Shown: one piece after another, positions 19,666 through 32,328 of the stretch
How the letters are laid out: every line of letters begins with the position of its first letter
Position numbering within the stretch: the stretch's first letter is position 1
NCBI GenBank assembly: GCA_039545335.1
Contig: BCIN01000002.1
Span: 1,067,118-1,131,117 of the forward strand
DNA from: Kondoa subrosea
Taxonomy: Eukaryota
Direction: 5' to 3'
DNA: 64,000 bases
Made by a program: the position numbers and the translations under genes
The notes under the pieces: generated by a model
The model's input: only the letters and a program-made list of their open reading frames with translations
Told to the model about the DNA's origin: nothing
The model's database searches: none

Positions 19666-21485
19666 CTTTTCGAATCAATGACTTCAGGGGTCGCAGCGTA
19701 CAGGTGGATACAGCAAGTTCACAGAGACTTCTAGATACAGCTGTAATAGCGGCGAGCCAGTCGCCGAGAGCTGTCTTGAGCTGGATGATCGTTTGGGTCA
19801 ACACCAAATTATGAAAATATTTCCTTTGGGGTTGTCTCGAAACCAAACAAAGCTGTGTTGGAGTCACGCGCTGCGGCTTAGCCTTATGTCGTCCTCAAAA
19901 GTCCGACACTACGCGTAAACGAAGCTCTTGTCTGCCTGTCATTGCGACATCTAATCTTTTGACTTGTCTCAATTCTTTCATTGTGAAGATGCTGCTGTAT
20001 GTCACGCTGCCTGGAAATTGCTCTGCTTCTCTTCATCTGTAATCTTTAGTCTTACCAATGTACGATATGTATCCAATTCGAGCAGTCTTAGGCAACCGCC
20101 TCTTCGAGTGATCTGACATTGCTAAATTGCGAGCGCTTGCAACATGCTCCTGTGCGTAACAGTCAGCTGAATAATTTTAGAGCCCAACGCGTCTTTCTCT
20201 TTGTCTCTTTGAGCTTTATCGGCTCGCAAATCCTCCGTTGCAAAGATGCCAGAATCCTGTCTGCCCGCTTCACAGACGTCTATACCCGAGGCTCTCTCTT
20301 TATACTGTATGGCCTTGAATTTCGCCTGCCTTTATCAGTAGGCTGGTACTTACAGACCGAAAAGCTCTTTACTCGCCTTTAAGTTACTAGCGCGCCATGT
20401 CATTACAGACTTACATTGGCTCACGGACTACTGACTAAAGTGAGGAGCGACTTGGATCAGAAACAGCCCTAGCATCTTGCTCGCAAGGGCCTACAAAGTG
20501 TCCGCAGCATTTTCAATTCACGTTGCATAAATTGTGATTTACTCAGGGCATTGGTATAGCATGATAGAGGATGTGATCTGGGCACACGTCACTGCAAGGC
20601 CAGATAGGGGCGAAGCTTTAGAAAATTCATATTGGCAAATACCGCTGAGATCAGCCGAAATACATGCGATTTGAGCAAATGCCATTTTCTCTTGACCCGC
20701 CGACCTATTTCGCTTGAGGTTTCATTTGCTCCAATCAAGGCCACCAAGCTCTCAATAATGGCAGCAAAGGCTCTGGTCTTCTCGGGTGAAGCCAATGCAG
20801 ACTCCTCTGCATTATCGCCATTTGCAGTGTTTTCCAATCGAAGCGACCCAAGGCACTTCTCGGACTTCTATCGCCCTGTAAACGGCTGTTATTTCGAACA
20901 GGGATCCCTACAGCACAGTAAGCACTCTCGTAGGACAGGCAGAGGACAGACTGGTGCTGATTACGTGATCAGGATTAGAACGCTCAGAATGCACTCAATT
21001 CTCTTCGGCTGAACCTGGTAGACAACGTTGGAGCTCTAGTAATAGCAGCGATGCCTTTTCTGGCTCTTCCTCGTCGGATTATTCAGATTCGGTTTTTCGG
21101 CAGTATGCGACCAATCGAACAGAAGAATACGCACTCTACGATCAATGCACTGATGTGAATAGTCAATCTCTGCTATGGCATGCATCCAAAGAACGCGAAT
21201 ATTCTCGGTCTGCGCCAGGTCATCAAATTCAATTTCCTGACAAGAGTGCACGCCATGTTGTTCCTTCTGGGCACCAGACTTCTTACTCTGAGGGTCATCA
21301 ACCAGTTTCTTGCTCACCTCCTGAAGCCGCCAAACAAGCTTATATCAGCGCAAATGATCGGCCGCCGAAATCCACTTCTTTGCTTAGCGAAAGGCAATCG
21401 GAATTTTCCAGTTTGCCGTTATTATTCAGTTAGTCCCCCCTATCTCTCCTTTGATTCTGCCACTCTCTTTATTCACATCCGCAAA

Positions 21486-22578
21486 ATGCTAGACACTCGA
21501 GATGTTACGCAACAATTGCAAGGTTTAGGCATTGAAGATCAAGCTCGCTGCACCGCTTCGGAACACGCTCGCGCTCATTCGGATTTGGACGAACGAAGTG
21601 CTACTGTTGGTGGACCGAGCATGAACAATCGTAAATTGGGTCTATACAAGTACGGGAGAAAGGGACAAAAGCTCGGCTTTGATGCTGATCGCGATTGCCT
21701 CTTTCTTTGACAGAACCGAATTATGCAGAAGCTGGGAGGAGAAAGGCACCTGCCGCTACGGTCAGAAATGTCAATTTGGTAAGCTGGGCAAGTGCCGCTC
21801 TTGCCACATCCTTAACTTATGGTGCTTCGCGGTTTACAGCTCACAGCAAATCTGAACTTCGTACGATTGATCGTCACCCAAAGCACAAGAGTGAGATTTG
21901 TAGGACGTTCTGGTTGAATGGGCAATGTCCTTATGGCAAGCGTATGGTTTCTCGTCTGAAGTCTTCGCTCGCCTCTGAAGTTTTTCTTTCTAAATAGGTT
22001 GTTGCTTCATCCACACTATCCTACCGGGCTCTAATCAACCTCTCTCGACTACACCAGCGCATGACATTCTAGTCGGCAAATTTCATCCGCAGCATCCGCA
22101 AGACATTTCAGCTGAGCCTACTTCTCGCTTACACGCCCGCAAAGCCAGTGGCAACTACTCAAGCTTCCCGTCTCAAGGTCTACCCACCTCGCTGGCCGAT
22201 GAAAACAGTACCAAATCTGTTCATTTCACACCGAATCCAGGTCATCCAGGTCTGAAACTGAAGCTCGACTGTGTCGACTGGCCGATGAACGAAAGCAGCT
22301 TTGTCCCAAGCACATCGCCGTCCAGCCTTTACTCTTGCTATCCACGAAGTCCCAGTTCTTCCTCCTCAAGCCGGAGCTCACCTTTCATTTACGATGGCAA
22401 TTCTTCCTGCTCTTCAATTCCGTCTCGTGACTGTTACAGTCCGAAGTCGAGAAGCTCTTCCCTTTACAGCTCAACGGGTTCCAATGGCCAATCTTGGCAA
22501 GACAGCGGCAATTCATCGACTGAAACAGCAATGGGTCCACAAACTCGCTTTCTAAACGATCTGTTGAACGACTCCTAG
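21486..22578 (+). CDS. TIS11/Cth1/Zfs1-type tandem CCCH zinc-finger mRNA-decay protein, 4 exons
   Basis: Spliced sequence LYK|TELCRSWEEKGTCRYGQKCQF|AH...RHPKHKSEICRTFWLNGQCPYGKR|CCFIH, followed by a Ser-rich tail. Confidence 0.88.
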
Positions 22579-23017
22579 CTATTCAACTATCAAATCAAGG
22601 CAAGACTGCAAGAAAAGTAGAACGAATCTGTAAACATCACTTCTCTGTCAAATACAACATTTTGTCCAGCATGGCTCCTCTTCTATACTCTCTCTACATT
22701 ATTATACTTGTCTAAGGTCGACAATCTATGATTCCATTTCTTGGGTTTCCGGTTTCCCTCATCATTTCTGTCGCACATCTCCTCCAAGAAGATACTTTTT
22801 TGGGCTCGCTGGCTATTAAGCAGAAGAAGAATTTTGAAGAGAGGCGGCATCAAAGGGCTCCGTTGTAGTGTATCCTTCATACTCTCTGTTTGTATAGTCG
22901 GCTTAAATTATGCTTGTCGCGATGATCATGTTGACTTTCTCTTTGTTGTTCTGGAACCGCGACGAATCTCGTCAAAGCCACGCGGACTTGTATACCTAAG
23001 GATAGACGATACCCACT

Positions 23018-26000
23018 ATGCGTTTTATACAGCCAGAATGGGTGATCCACGCTGACGAGCGAAGCGAAAAGAAACCTTTGCAATCAATTACTTCAGTCTC
23101 TCCTTCGCTTGATGGAACTCGAATAGCTACTGGAGCACTGGACAGCAAAGTACGAATCTGGTCTACTGCTCCTATTCTGGATGAAAGCAAAGCAGATGAA
23201 GCAAGATTGCTTTGTACTGGAACAGCTCATAATGGTGCTGTAATGTGTGTTCGATTCTCTTCTTCTGGTAATCACATTGCATCTGGTGCGGATGACCGGA
23301 TATTGGCTGTCTGGGAGAAACAAGAAGGAGCAGGAGGAAAAGTCTTTGGTACAAACGATGTCAATGTAGAAAATTGGAAACCTATTCGTTTGCTTGCTGG
23401 TCATACCAATGACATCCTTTCCGTCGCTTGGTCGGCAGATGATAGCTTCTTGGCTTCTGGTGGTTCAGATTTACAAGTCTTGGTTTGGGATGGCATTACT
23501 TTCGCGCCAATTAGGAAACTAGAGTTGCATTCTCAGTTCATCAAAGGTATTGTCTTTGATCCAGTTGGAGAATTCTTGGCTACTCAGGTTAGTCAACGAT
23601 GTGCCACAGGCGAGATTGTAGACTGAGTCTCAATCACAGGATTATGAATCGCTCAAGATCTGGAGAACAACAGATTGGTCTCTCGAGCAAGACATCACTA
23701 AGCCTTTTGTCGATGCACCAAATCAAAGTTGGTTTTCCAGACCGACGCAAGTCATCTCGCCTGTAAAATGCTGTATGAGCTAATTCATCTACAGATGGTC
23801 ACCCGAGGGAGCTTTTCTCGTCGCACCCAATACCATGAACGGTCCGATCTTTGTTGCAAAAGTCATCAGCCGTCCTCTATGGGAGACCAATGTCAGCTTA
23901 GTTGGTCACAAAGCAGTTGTCGAACTGGCTGCTTTCAACCCTCACCTTTTCATCAACAAACCGGAAAAACCTGAAACAGGCGACAATACTTGCACTGTCC
24001 TTGCATTAGGAGCTCAGAGCAGTATTTCATTTTGGCTTACTTCAGCTAACCGACCTCTTTTCGTTATGCACGATGTATGCGCAAGAGATCTATTGGACAT
24101 TCAATGGTCAAGAGATGGTACAAAACTTTGGTTCTGCTCAAGTGATGGTCATGTTGGCGTTTTGGAATTTGACCTGAAGGAATTCGGTGCCCCACTTGCT
24201 TCTGCTCAGGTAATCCCGAATATCCATGCTTCTTATGGTTTCAACAAACCTCAACCGAGCAAGGCTATTGTACGAGACGACACTCCTATGTCTCAATCCT
24301 CGCAAACTCCAAGTGGCCCTCAAAAGACCACGATCATGGCAAATGGCAAGAAAAGGATTCAACCTAAATTCATCAGTGCACCTCAAGCTATTCAACAGTC
24401 TTTCGATGGAGCGAGTACTTCGTCTTCTGCTGTCAATTTCCCCGTCAATCCTTTACCTCAAGCTACTTCTTCTCGACCGCGACCTGCTTTAGGCTCTGTA
24501 CCAAGTTTCGCTTCTCTACCTTCCGATAAATCAGCAAAGGCACGTCAATCAGTTTTCGCCGACGCCAATGCAGCACCTGCGGCTTCTTCTTCCGCTAGCT
24601 CTGCAACTGCTTTTCCTCCGTCTCCTGCTACGGCAGCTGTACGACAAAGTTCTTCGCTTCGAAACAATGTACTGTACGATGATCCGGAACCTCTTTACGC
24701 ATCTTCTTCTCGAGCAAGAGATCAGATTCCCCCTGTTATGGACGTGGATTTCTCATTGAAACCTAGATTGAATCGCCATCCAAAAGGAATGACTCTAGGT
24801 GGATCGAGGGATAAAGAAAAAGGAAAAGCAGTGGTGGATGTAACACAAACGGAATTACAACCTTCTTTCTTGCCCGTTGCGAATGGAAGTGATGATTATC
24901 GATTGGCTGTTCCTAGTGTGATGACTTACGGAAAAGCGGAAATGAATCAAGTTACTTTAGGTGAAGCAGAAGACAATGTACCTGTTGAACGATTGGAATG
25001 GAGAAATTTCAAAGATGGATCCAACCGACCTTCGGAAATCGCACTGATTTTGCCTGGTACTGGTGCGAATGGGCAAGATAGAACTCTTTGGGTTGACTAT
25101 GTGGAACACAAAGTAGTGTCTGGTACTTGGAACGGTGTATTTGGAGCAATTTCCATGTTGGATGGCTCTATTGCAGTATACTCACCATCCGGTCGGAAGT
25201 GAGTACATTCTTTCAAGCCCACAATTTGCAGCTAATGTGATATAGGATCATGCCAACTCTGATGCTAAACGCACCTTGCGCTTTCCTTGATGCAGCAGGC
25301 GATTTCTTGCTAGCTATTACTGCTCGAGGTCGGCTACATGTATGGGATGTGAAATCCTGCAAATCGGTCGGCTCACCCTCCAACATCTCTGATATCTTGC
25401 TCGCTTCTTCATCTAAATCAGCACTCTTAATCACTTCCGCTCGAATACGTCCAAACGGTTCACCAGTCTTGACACTTTCGGATAGCAGAGCTTTAGCTTA
25501 CGATTCGGATTTATCTTCTTGGTTGACTGTTTCTTCCGCTTGGTGGTCCAAAGGTAGTGATTTCTGGGAAGGAAGAACCAGAGGTCGGAATGCAACAGCC
25601 TCAAGAGGTGTTATGAAGAATTTGGAAGGAACAGTGAATGATTTGATTGTCAAGAATATCTCGGATACAGCTAAAGGTATCATCAACTCTGCTATGGATG
25701 TGGATGAAGAAGAAGCAGTTAGTGTTGAAGGTGTTGAGATGGAGAAATTGGGTCAAGAAGATGAATGGAAGAATGCAATGAGTTTAGGTCATTTGGAAGC
25801 GAGAATGAGTGCCTGCAAAGTTTTGGATTCGCCAGCAGAATACAAGACTTTCTTGCTACTTTATGCTCAACGGATCGGAAGTGAAGGGTTTAGGAGTAAA
25901 GCTGAAGAACTGATCAGAGAATTGATGGGTCCTATTTATTTGTGAGTCGTCGTCTTTCTGACTGCGTGAGACCAGCTTAAAGGAATGCGCCGCAAAGCAA

Positions 26001-26256
26001 ACCTGGTTCATCTGAGCAATGGCAATCGACTGTTCTTGGTATGGGCAAACGAGATCTGCTTCGAGAAGTCCTTATCGCGTGGAGTAAGTCCTTATCTCTG
26101 AGCTTCAAAGCTCGAACCAATGTGCCCAACTAGCTAAAACTACTTCACTGAAGAAATTGGCTACTGACACACAAGGTCAGTACTTCTATCGTTTTGCAAC
26201 GCGTTGCTGAATCAGCAAAATCTCTGACAGACCTGCTAAGAAGAGTAACAGATTGA
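23018..26256 (+). CDS. HIR1: histone chaperone HIR1/HIRA, multi-exon
   Basis: PEWVIH, RIATGALDSKVRIWS, NVENWK, FDPVGEFLATQ, B-motif NGKKRIQPKFI, C-terminal Hira domain SLGHLEARM...AEELIRELMGP. Confidence 0.93.
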
Positions 26257-26324
26257 TTGCATGTACTGCTCCAAATTTGTAATGACATTGCTTTCATCAA
26301 ACCACCATCAATTCGTAATTTCGT

Positions 26325-26714
26325 ATGCTTGTTCGATCTGCTTTGCTGGCAGAATATACCTATCCTAAGATTTCTACCTCTGGCGCACCGCGTATGCCTC
26401 AGAAGCTCAAACGAGCAAGAGCTTCAATGGGATCAGGGTCGGACAAAATGAGGATGGAATTATCCGCTCAATTTAAAGCTAGAGCTGCTGAGATGGAGGA
26501 TAGACCAGCGAAGCGACCAATGAAGCAATCAGTGAAGCAACGTTATGGATTGAGACCTAGTTTCAGGCAGGACAAACCAGAAGGGGCAGCGAGCGATTTG
26601 ACGAGTGTGAAGTTGGTAGATTTGCTTGGATCAAAGCGAAAGAAGGGATCTGTTATGATAGAGGACAAGAGTTGGTTATCGAGTTTGCTTCCTAAAGATC
26701 AAGAGAAGAAGTAG
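26325..26714 (+). CDS. hypothetical basic protein
   Basis: 129-aa single ORF with protein-like composition. No family recognised. Confidence 0.35.
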   Translation: MLVRSALLAEYTYPKISTSGAPRMPQKLKRARASMGSGSDKMRMELSAQFKARAAEMEDRPAKRPMKQSVKQRYGLRPSFRQDKPEGAASDLTSVKLVDLLGSKRKKGSVMIEDKSWLSSLLPKDQEKK

Positions 26715-28329
26715 TAGTACCAAAGCTCTCGATATGCGTGCTGCTGTAGGAATTGCGCTTCTGGTCAGGCCGGCTTACAGCAAATAGTTACGACGTAAGC
26801 ATCCGTTGTAACGCTTGCTGGAGGTGTTGTGATTCTGATTCGTTTCAAACAGACAGTATCCACTCGACTTCACATCGGAACGTGGATCGTTGGCTTTAAA
26901 CTTCGGAGCGGTCCAATACCTGTTCTCATACACAAAGAGCAAGCTTGCAATTACGTGCTAGGAAAGATTGTTCTTCTTTTCCATTTCAAGTGCTGCGGTT
27001 AGTCAATTTGAAATAGCATCTGGGAACTTGTGAGCTTATACAATCTTTCTTTCATAGCAATCTTCTCGCTTGATACCTCAGTAGAAGCTCGAGTCATCCA
27101 GACCTTCGCTAATGCCGGTTCAAGGTCGCTCAAGTCTTGCTGTGTTTGGGGTTACTTCTTCGAATAGGACTTCGAAGTTTCTACATTCAGTTAGTTGCTA
27201 CCTCACATTGTATACTACCACAGCAAGTAGACTCAGTGAAATGCACATTCTTGTCCCCTGTTACTTTTGCTGATCTGTAAATGTAATTCGAGTTGCTCAT
27301 CTTCGCACAATACATACATAGCGGACATATACAGATATTACAATGAACTATAGACAAGTCAGAGAGAATTGTTGCCGCCCGCACTATGCAAGTAGGTAAT
27401 GCGCTTGCGAAGAACATCCTCAGCTGCTTCTTCTTGATCAAAATGATTACGCCAGTCCCCAATTGATTGCGCTACCTTTGCGAATGTTCCCTGCGCCATA
27501 GGTGGTGTAGGAAACGATTCGTCTAAACCTGATGACGATGTATCGCAACCAGTCATACTTGGTCTTGCTCGAGGTGCATCTGCTGGGGAAGGAAGACGCG
27601 TGGTAATTGACGACATGGTAGTGTTTGTTGTCCTTCTTTCGCTTTCAGCGCGGAGCAGTGCTGAGTAAGAGCATTAGTTTTATGTTTCATAAAACTATAC
27701 TGATAATGCTCACCTCGGAAGGAGCATAAATTTTCGACGGCGGCTAAACAGCAAGTGATAAGCAAGGAGACTACTATCTGAAATAAGACTAACTCACTAT
27801 CCAATAGCGCTTTTCGAGCTCCCCAATACCAAGCTATTCTCCATGGATCACACGCAATTAAAGCGAGATAAATGTGTGGAGCTCTTTGTTCCAATTGCTC
27901 CGATCTCTCTAATCAATCTTGAATCTCTGCATCATCCCATCCAGACAATGAACCATTTGACACATCGGTACATTCCATGACTGAATCCAAGAAGCTTTTG
28001 ATGGGAGTGGGAAGAAAGACAGTGATAGGAATGGTCTCAGGTCCTCCAATAGGATACACATAGTATGTTCTATTCAATTCCCGACACTGATATCCACTTG
28101 CTGTTTTGCATAGCTTCATGAGGTAAACTTGAAGGTTGTGCGATAGCAATCAGGTCTGCTGGGGGGTTGCTGTGGATCTTGCATAAGCAGGTGTAGGGCA
28201 ATGGTAGAGGTCTAATAACAGGCGACCAGGCAATAAAGGTAACAACTGTTTTGGTGGTTCAGCGCTGGATCTATAATTCGTATTGCTCATCTCGACACGG
28301 CCATCTCGCCTGGTATATCTTACGTTGAA

Positions 28330-29615
28330 ATGGCTGATATCAATGCAGATGAAGCTGTCAATCGCAGACGCATGGAAGAGAACCGCTTGAAAGGTTCGCT
28401 GCCCTGCCTGGAATCGTCATAATATCACTGGAATCTCATTCACTTGATTCGGCGCAGCTAAAGCAAAGGTCGTTGAGCGAGAACGTGCTCGTGCGGCTGC
28501 TAGTGTACCCAATCAGAACAATAAGCGGCCACTGGAAGTCAGTAAGTCCAAGTCTGATCAATCTCGTCTATCGAGTTTCATTAGAGCGTGGATTCACAGC
28601 ACCAGCAGATAATACATCACCAACAGCACCTGGAGGTAGACATGTTCCTTCTCAACCTTATGCTTCCACATCCGCTTCTCGCTCGCTGCAACATGCCTTG
28701 AGCAATCCACCGCCTCAAGCTTCCGGTTCTGGTTCTAGTATTGCTGCAGCTAAAGATTCACGCGGGAAAGAAATTAGGACTAGCGAGTTTGTAGATTATG
28801 ATCTATCTACCCTCAAGTGAGTTGCATCATTCTTAAGCATTTCCTACTCTCAAAGCTAATGTTGAAGTATGAAGGAATTCGAAAGGTGGTTTTCTTTTGA
28901 TTGAGGAAGAAGATGATCCAAGACAAGCACGTCAGCGTAAATTAGAAGATGAAAGGAAAGCACAAAGAATGAAAGAAGCCGTTCGACAAGGTTTAACGCA
29001 AGATCCAGCTTTGTCTCATGGTGATGCTCATCCAAAATGCCAAGAATGTGGTACTGTAGAACTCGATTTTCAATTCCATAGAGTTTTTGGCGTAAAAGTG
29101 TGTCCGAAATGCAAGACGGAGTTTCCGGACAAGTATAGTTTATTGACCAAGACGGAATGTAAAGAAGATTATCTTTTGACCGATCGTACGTTCTTGTCTC
29201 CATCAATCCTTTTGTACAAGGTCTCACGATTAATGGTGCAGCCGAATTAAAAGATGTAGAACTTCTTCCACATTGGCTCAAACCGAATCCTCATAGATCT
29301 TCTTATTCAAATATGATGCTGTTTCTTCGATGTCAAGTAGAAGCTTTTGCCTTTTCAGACAAGAAATGGGGTTCACCGGAAGCTTTAGATGCAGAGTTTG
29401 AGAAAAGGACAGCAGAAAAGAAAGATAGAAAGAAGAAAAAGTTTGAAGATAAACTCAAAGATCTACGCAAGAGGAATCGAAACAATGTATATCAGAAAAG
29501 ACAGGAAGCAGCTCATGTTCATGATTTCAGCGCGGGAAGTACAAAATTGCCTGATGGGAAAGAAGTTGAGCGATGTGCGGATTGCGGGTTTGAGGTTGAA
29601 GTAGAGTCCTTTTGA
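28330..29615 (+). CDS. RAD14: nucleotide excision repair protein Rad14/XPA, multi-exon
   Basis: [17 protein letters not shown], Zn finger CQECG...[64 protein letters not shown]...CADCG. Confidence 0.95.
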
Positions 29616-30096
29616 GCCGGTCTGTCAGGCAGTTGTAACATGGTGAGTACTTTCTCATTTACTTTGGACGTCGCTCAAGCGTGTGTTCACACAGCTGTAT
29701 TTATGTACTATCGACTTCATGCTCAGGTAAATATTGTCAACAAGCGGTTATCAAGTTCCTATTGTATGAAAAGCGTTTTGCCTTCACTGTCTTCATCTTC
29801 TGTTGCTCGAGTTGTGCCCTTTTGTAGCTTAGCAGAAGAACCACCAAGTAGACTAGCGGTGATATCAATGTCAGGCTCGCAACCAGACATAGCGTTGGGT
29901 ATGTGCAGAATATTGTTTAGAAGGAAAAATAAATTCGAAAGCTTGTCCTGCATTCGCGACGTTGATTACGTAATTAGGGCTGGTTTCTCCTTTCCTCTCC
30001 TCTTCTCCTTGTCTGCGAGCTACAGCAATCCAATCGGCTGTTGTCTCCTTCTTCTTTCACCTGTTTCTTTCCATACTTCCGCTCGCTCGCTCAATC

Positions 30097-31239
30097 ATGC
30101 CTTCAAATAAATCCTACCCAGCTCAATCAGTGGATCACCGCAAGAAGTTTGAGGTGATTGCCTGCAATTGGTGTGGCCAAGAAAGAAAGGACATTAACCT
30201 CAAAATTTGTGCGCTCAGTGAGTTCTTCGACCGGGTTTTAAGTTCTCAATCAGTATAAATAGGTTCAACGTGCAAAACAGCTGGCTATTGTGATGCTGTC
30301 TGTCAGCGAAAAGGGCGTCAAACTCTGTAATGTGTAAGTCTAAGCAGTACTGATTGGATTGAATTAAGAACAGACTGGAAAGAACATAAACCCAAATGCT
30401 CCGAGTCCGCCTTGACTGGGCGCTACCTTACTCTCTTACCAGCAGGCTACGCCGATGCTCAAGGTCGATTCTTGCCTGAAAGTATTTGGGGCAAAGATAT
30501 AGATCTGTGGATCCGCGAGCATCAAAGCGCGTTAATTCCGCTCGGTTATCACACTCTTGGCTGTCCAGATCCAGAAGAATACAATTCTAGAGCAGCAGCC
30601 GAACGCAAAGTCATCATATTTAACGTCAAAAGACAACCTGTTGAACCTATCTCTCATCGATTCAAAATCATATCTGAACACACAGGAAGAGAAGTCGCTA
30701 TTCAAAGAGCTTTTCCTGATTCAGCGTTCGCCAGATCACGTGCACAAGTACAAGAAACCCGTACATAAAGAACCTGTGCTGAATCCAAATCCATTGATAT
30801 GACTTTCATCTATCAAGAGATGACTGCACCGGATCAACTAAGTTATCTGATTCTTCTGTATCTTGGGATGGGGCAGAAGCGGTGCGAACTGGCTTTCGAC
30901 CAACTGATCCGCCAAATTGGGTTCCGTCAGTACTCAAAGCTAAGATACACGGTGAACCTATACCGGCAGATCCAGAAGAAGAGGATGAGTTACCAGAGAA
31001 TGAGAGATTGCCAGCAGCATTTAAAGGTTAGGCAACTTAACTCGCGCCTTAGACTGAATTCATTGTTTCGCTTAGGACTGAACATGAAGAGGAAAGGTAA
31101 TGTCATGTGGGGTGGAGATGCTCTAAGACCCGACAACATTCAAGGTGTGTCTCGTATTGTTCTTTGCCGTGTAAGCATCTCAAATATTTTGGGCAGAGGT
31201 GGATGGGCCATTCGGGAAATACACGACGATGACAATTAA
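30097..31239 (+). CDS. MYND-type zinc-finger protein, multi-exon (frame around 30760-30820 unresolved)
   Basis: CNWCG...LKIC|..CKTAGYCDAVCQRK|DWKEHKPKC zf-MYND signature. It ends ~30 bp before the left duplication breakpoint. Confidence 0.65.
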
Positions 31240-31267
31240 TGTTCCGGGGCTGGAGAAAAAATAGCAT

Positions 31268-31309
31268 CGGTTTGAGGTGACTTTGAAAAGGTTGTGTGCT
31301 CTAGAGTAG
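31268..31309 (+). pseudogene. orphan 3' fragment of the NmrA-like gene (RFEVTLKRLCALE*)
   Basis: Near-identical to the last 13 codons and stop of the gene at 45678-46707. The upstream part of the gene is absent. Confidence 0.85.
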
Positions 31310-32159
31310 TTGTGTTTTGTTGTGTTTTGGTGAGTCTGTATCACCGTCTTTGGTTTATACTGATCGATTTCTGAGAAAATCAGTCAAAGAGATAGCTAAA
31401 AGCTTCATCTTCTATGATGATTTGTCGTCTAATGTGTCGTAGCGCTTTCAATTATTGTCGTTCCATGAAGTATGTAACTACCCCGACTGATCGACATGGC
31501 TTCTTTAGTTGTGTATCTGCTCCTCTTCATCCTCCTCTATACCTTCCTTTTCAAACTTCCTTGCTTATGGTGGATATCTTCCTTTCTTTCCTCTTCTGTG
31601 TCTTGTCTGCGCTACGTCTCAATTAGTATCCGGTACAAATTCCGCTGACTCGTGAGCAAAAAGATGCCTGAGTTGATCTCAATGAGTGCTTGTCCGCAGA
31701 GGAAGACAAGTAAGCGATCAAGATAACCTGGCTTACGTGGTTCCGTCAGCGATCCTTGAATTACTTTTGAGATGCTTCCACTGCTCTGCTGCTGTTGACA
31801 GGGCTGCGGATATCGTCTCTGTGGGAGCACATAGAACACCGGGATCAGATTTGAGTTGATGATGATGATGCTCTGCTCAACCTTCTTGCTTGATCTGTGC
31901 AGGCACTGACACAGTTGAAGGTATCAAATCAAAGGTGCGATGATTTCGCTCGTGAACACGAGTCACGATGATATGAGATGCTCGATTGGCTTCGCAGTCA
32001 GCTACAGCCGACAAGCACGGTGCAAGAGTGAACCCTGTCATCCCTGCGCCCGTCGTTCTAGGGCCATATGTCTTACAGAAATATCATTTGTACTTTCTAT
32101 ATGTTACAGATGTTTTGCTCACCTCATCGCACGCAAACCTATGTCTTGCTTACGTAATC

Positions 32160-32282
32160 GCCTCTATAGCTCGTCCGCCTCCTTACCTCACCTGCACGAA
32201 TGAAAGCTCATAATTGATACAGAGTTGGGAGAGCGTACGACTGAAGTTCGTAAGGTCACCCGTTCAAACCGGGTTGGAGGCA
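32160..32282 (+). tRNA. tRNA-Phe(GAA) with a 50-nt GT-AG intron between positions 13 and 14 (exons 32160-32172 and 32223-32282)
   Basis: Joined exons give a 73-nt cloverleaf: acceptor GCCTCTA/TGGAGGC, D stem GCTC/GAGC, D loop AGTTGGGA, anticodon stem TACGA/TCGTA, loop CTGAAGT, T stem ACCCG/CGGGT, loop TTCAAAC, discriminator A73. Confidence 0.93.
32173..32222 (+). other. spliceosomal-type intron within tRNA-Phe copy A
   Basis: GTCCGC donor, GCTCAT branch motif at 32206-32211, ACAG acceptor, 50 nt long. Confidence 0.8.
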
Positions 32283-32289
32283 CCTTATC

Positions 32290-32328
32290 TTTTGCTCGGC
32301 GGTCCTTTGTCACTTGCTTCCTTTTTTT
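32290..32328 (+). terminator. putative Pol III oligo-T terminators (T4 at 32290-32293, T7 at 32322-32328)
   Basis: T-runs begin 8 and 40 nt downstream of the tRNA. Equivalent runs are present in copy B. Confidence 0.5.

Noticed and set aside
19666..21485. Long intergenic region with several 80-170 aa ORFs
   Set aside because: ORFs lack protein-like features and no tRNA or snRNA motif was seen. Probably the promoter/5' UTR of the CCCH gene.
27913..28290. Minus-strand ATG ORF continuing through one in-frame TGA (28150-28152): readthrough or pseudogene
   Set aside because: No recognisable family or supporting signal. Cannot be distinguished from chance.
31414..31490. Possible C/D box snoRNA (ATGATGA ... 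CTGA, ~77 nt), also present in copy B at about 45513-45589
   Set aside because: Putative guide regions differ between the copies and I could not match them to rRNA or snRNA. The CTGA is equally explained as an intron branch site. Needs a snoscan/Rfam run.
31414..31626. 70/77-aa ORF present in both duplicate copies
   Set aside because: Differences are mostly non-synonymous and the C-termini are frameshifted, so there is no coding signature.
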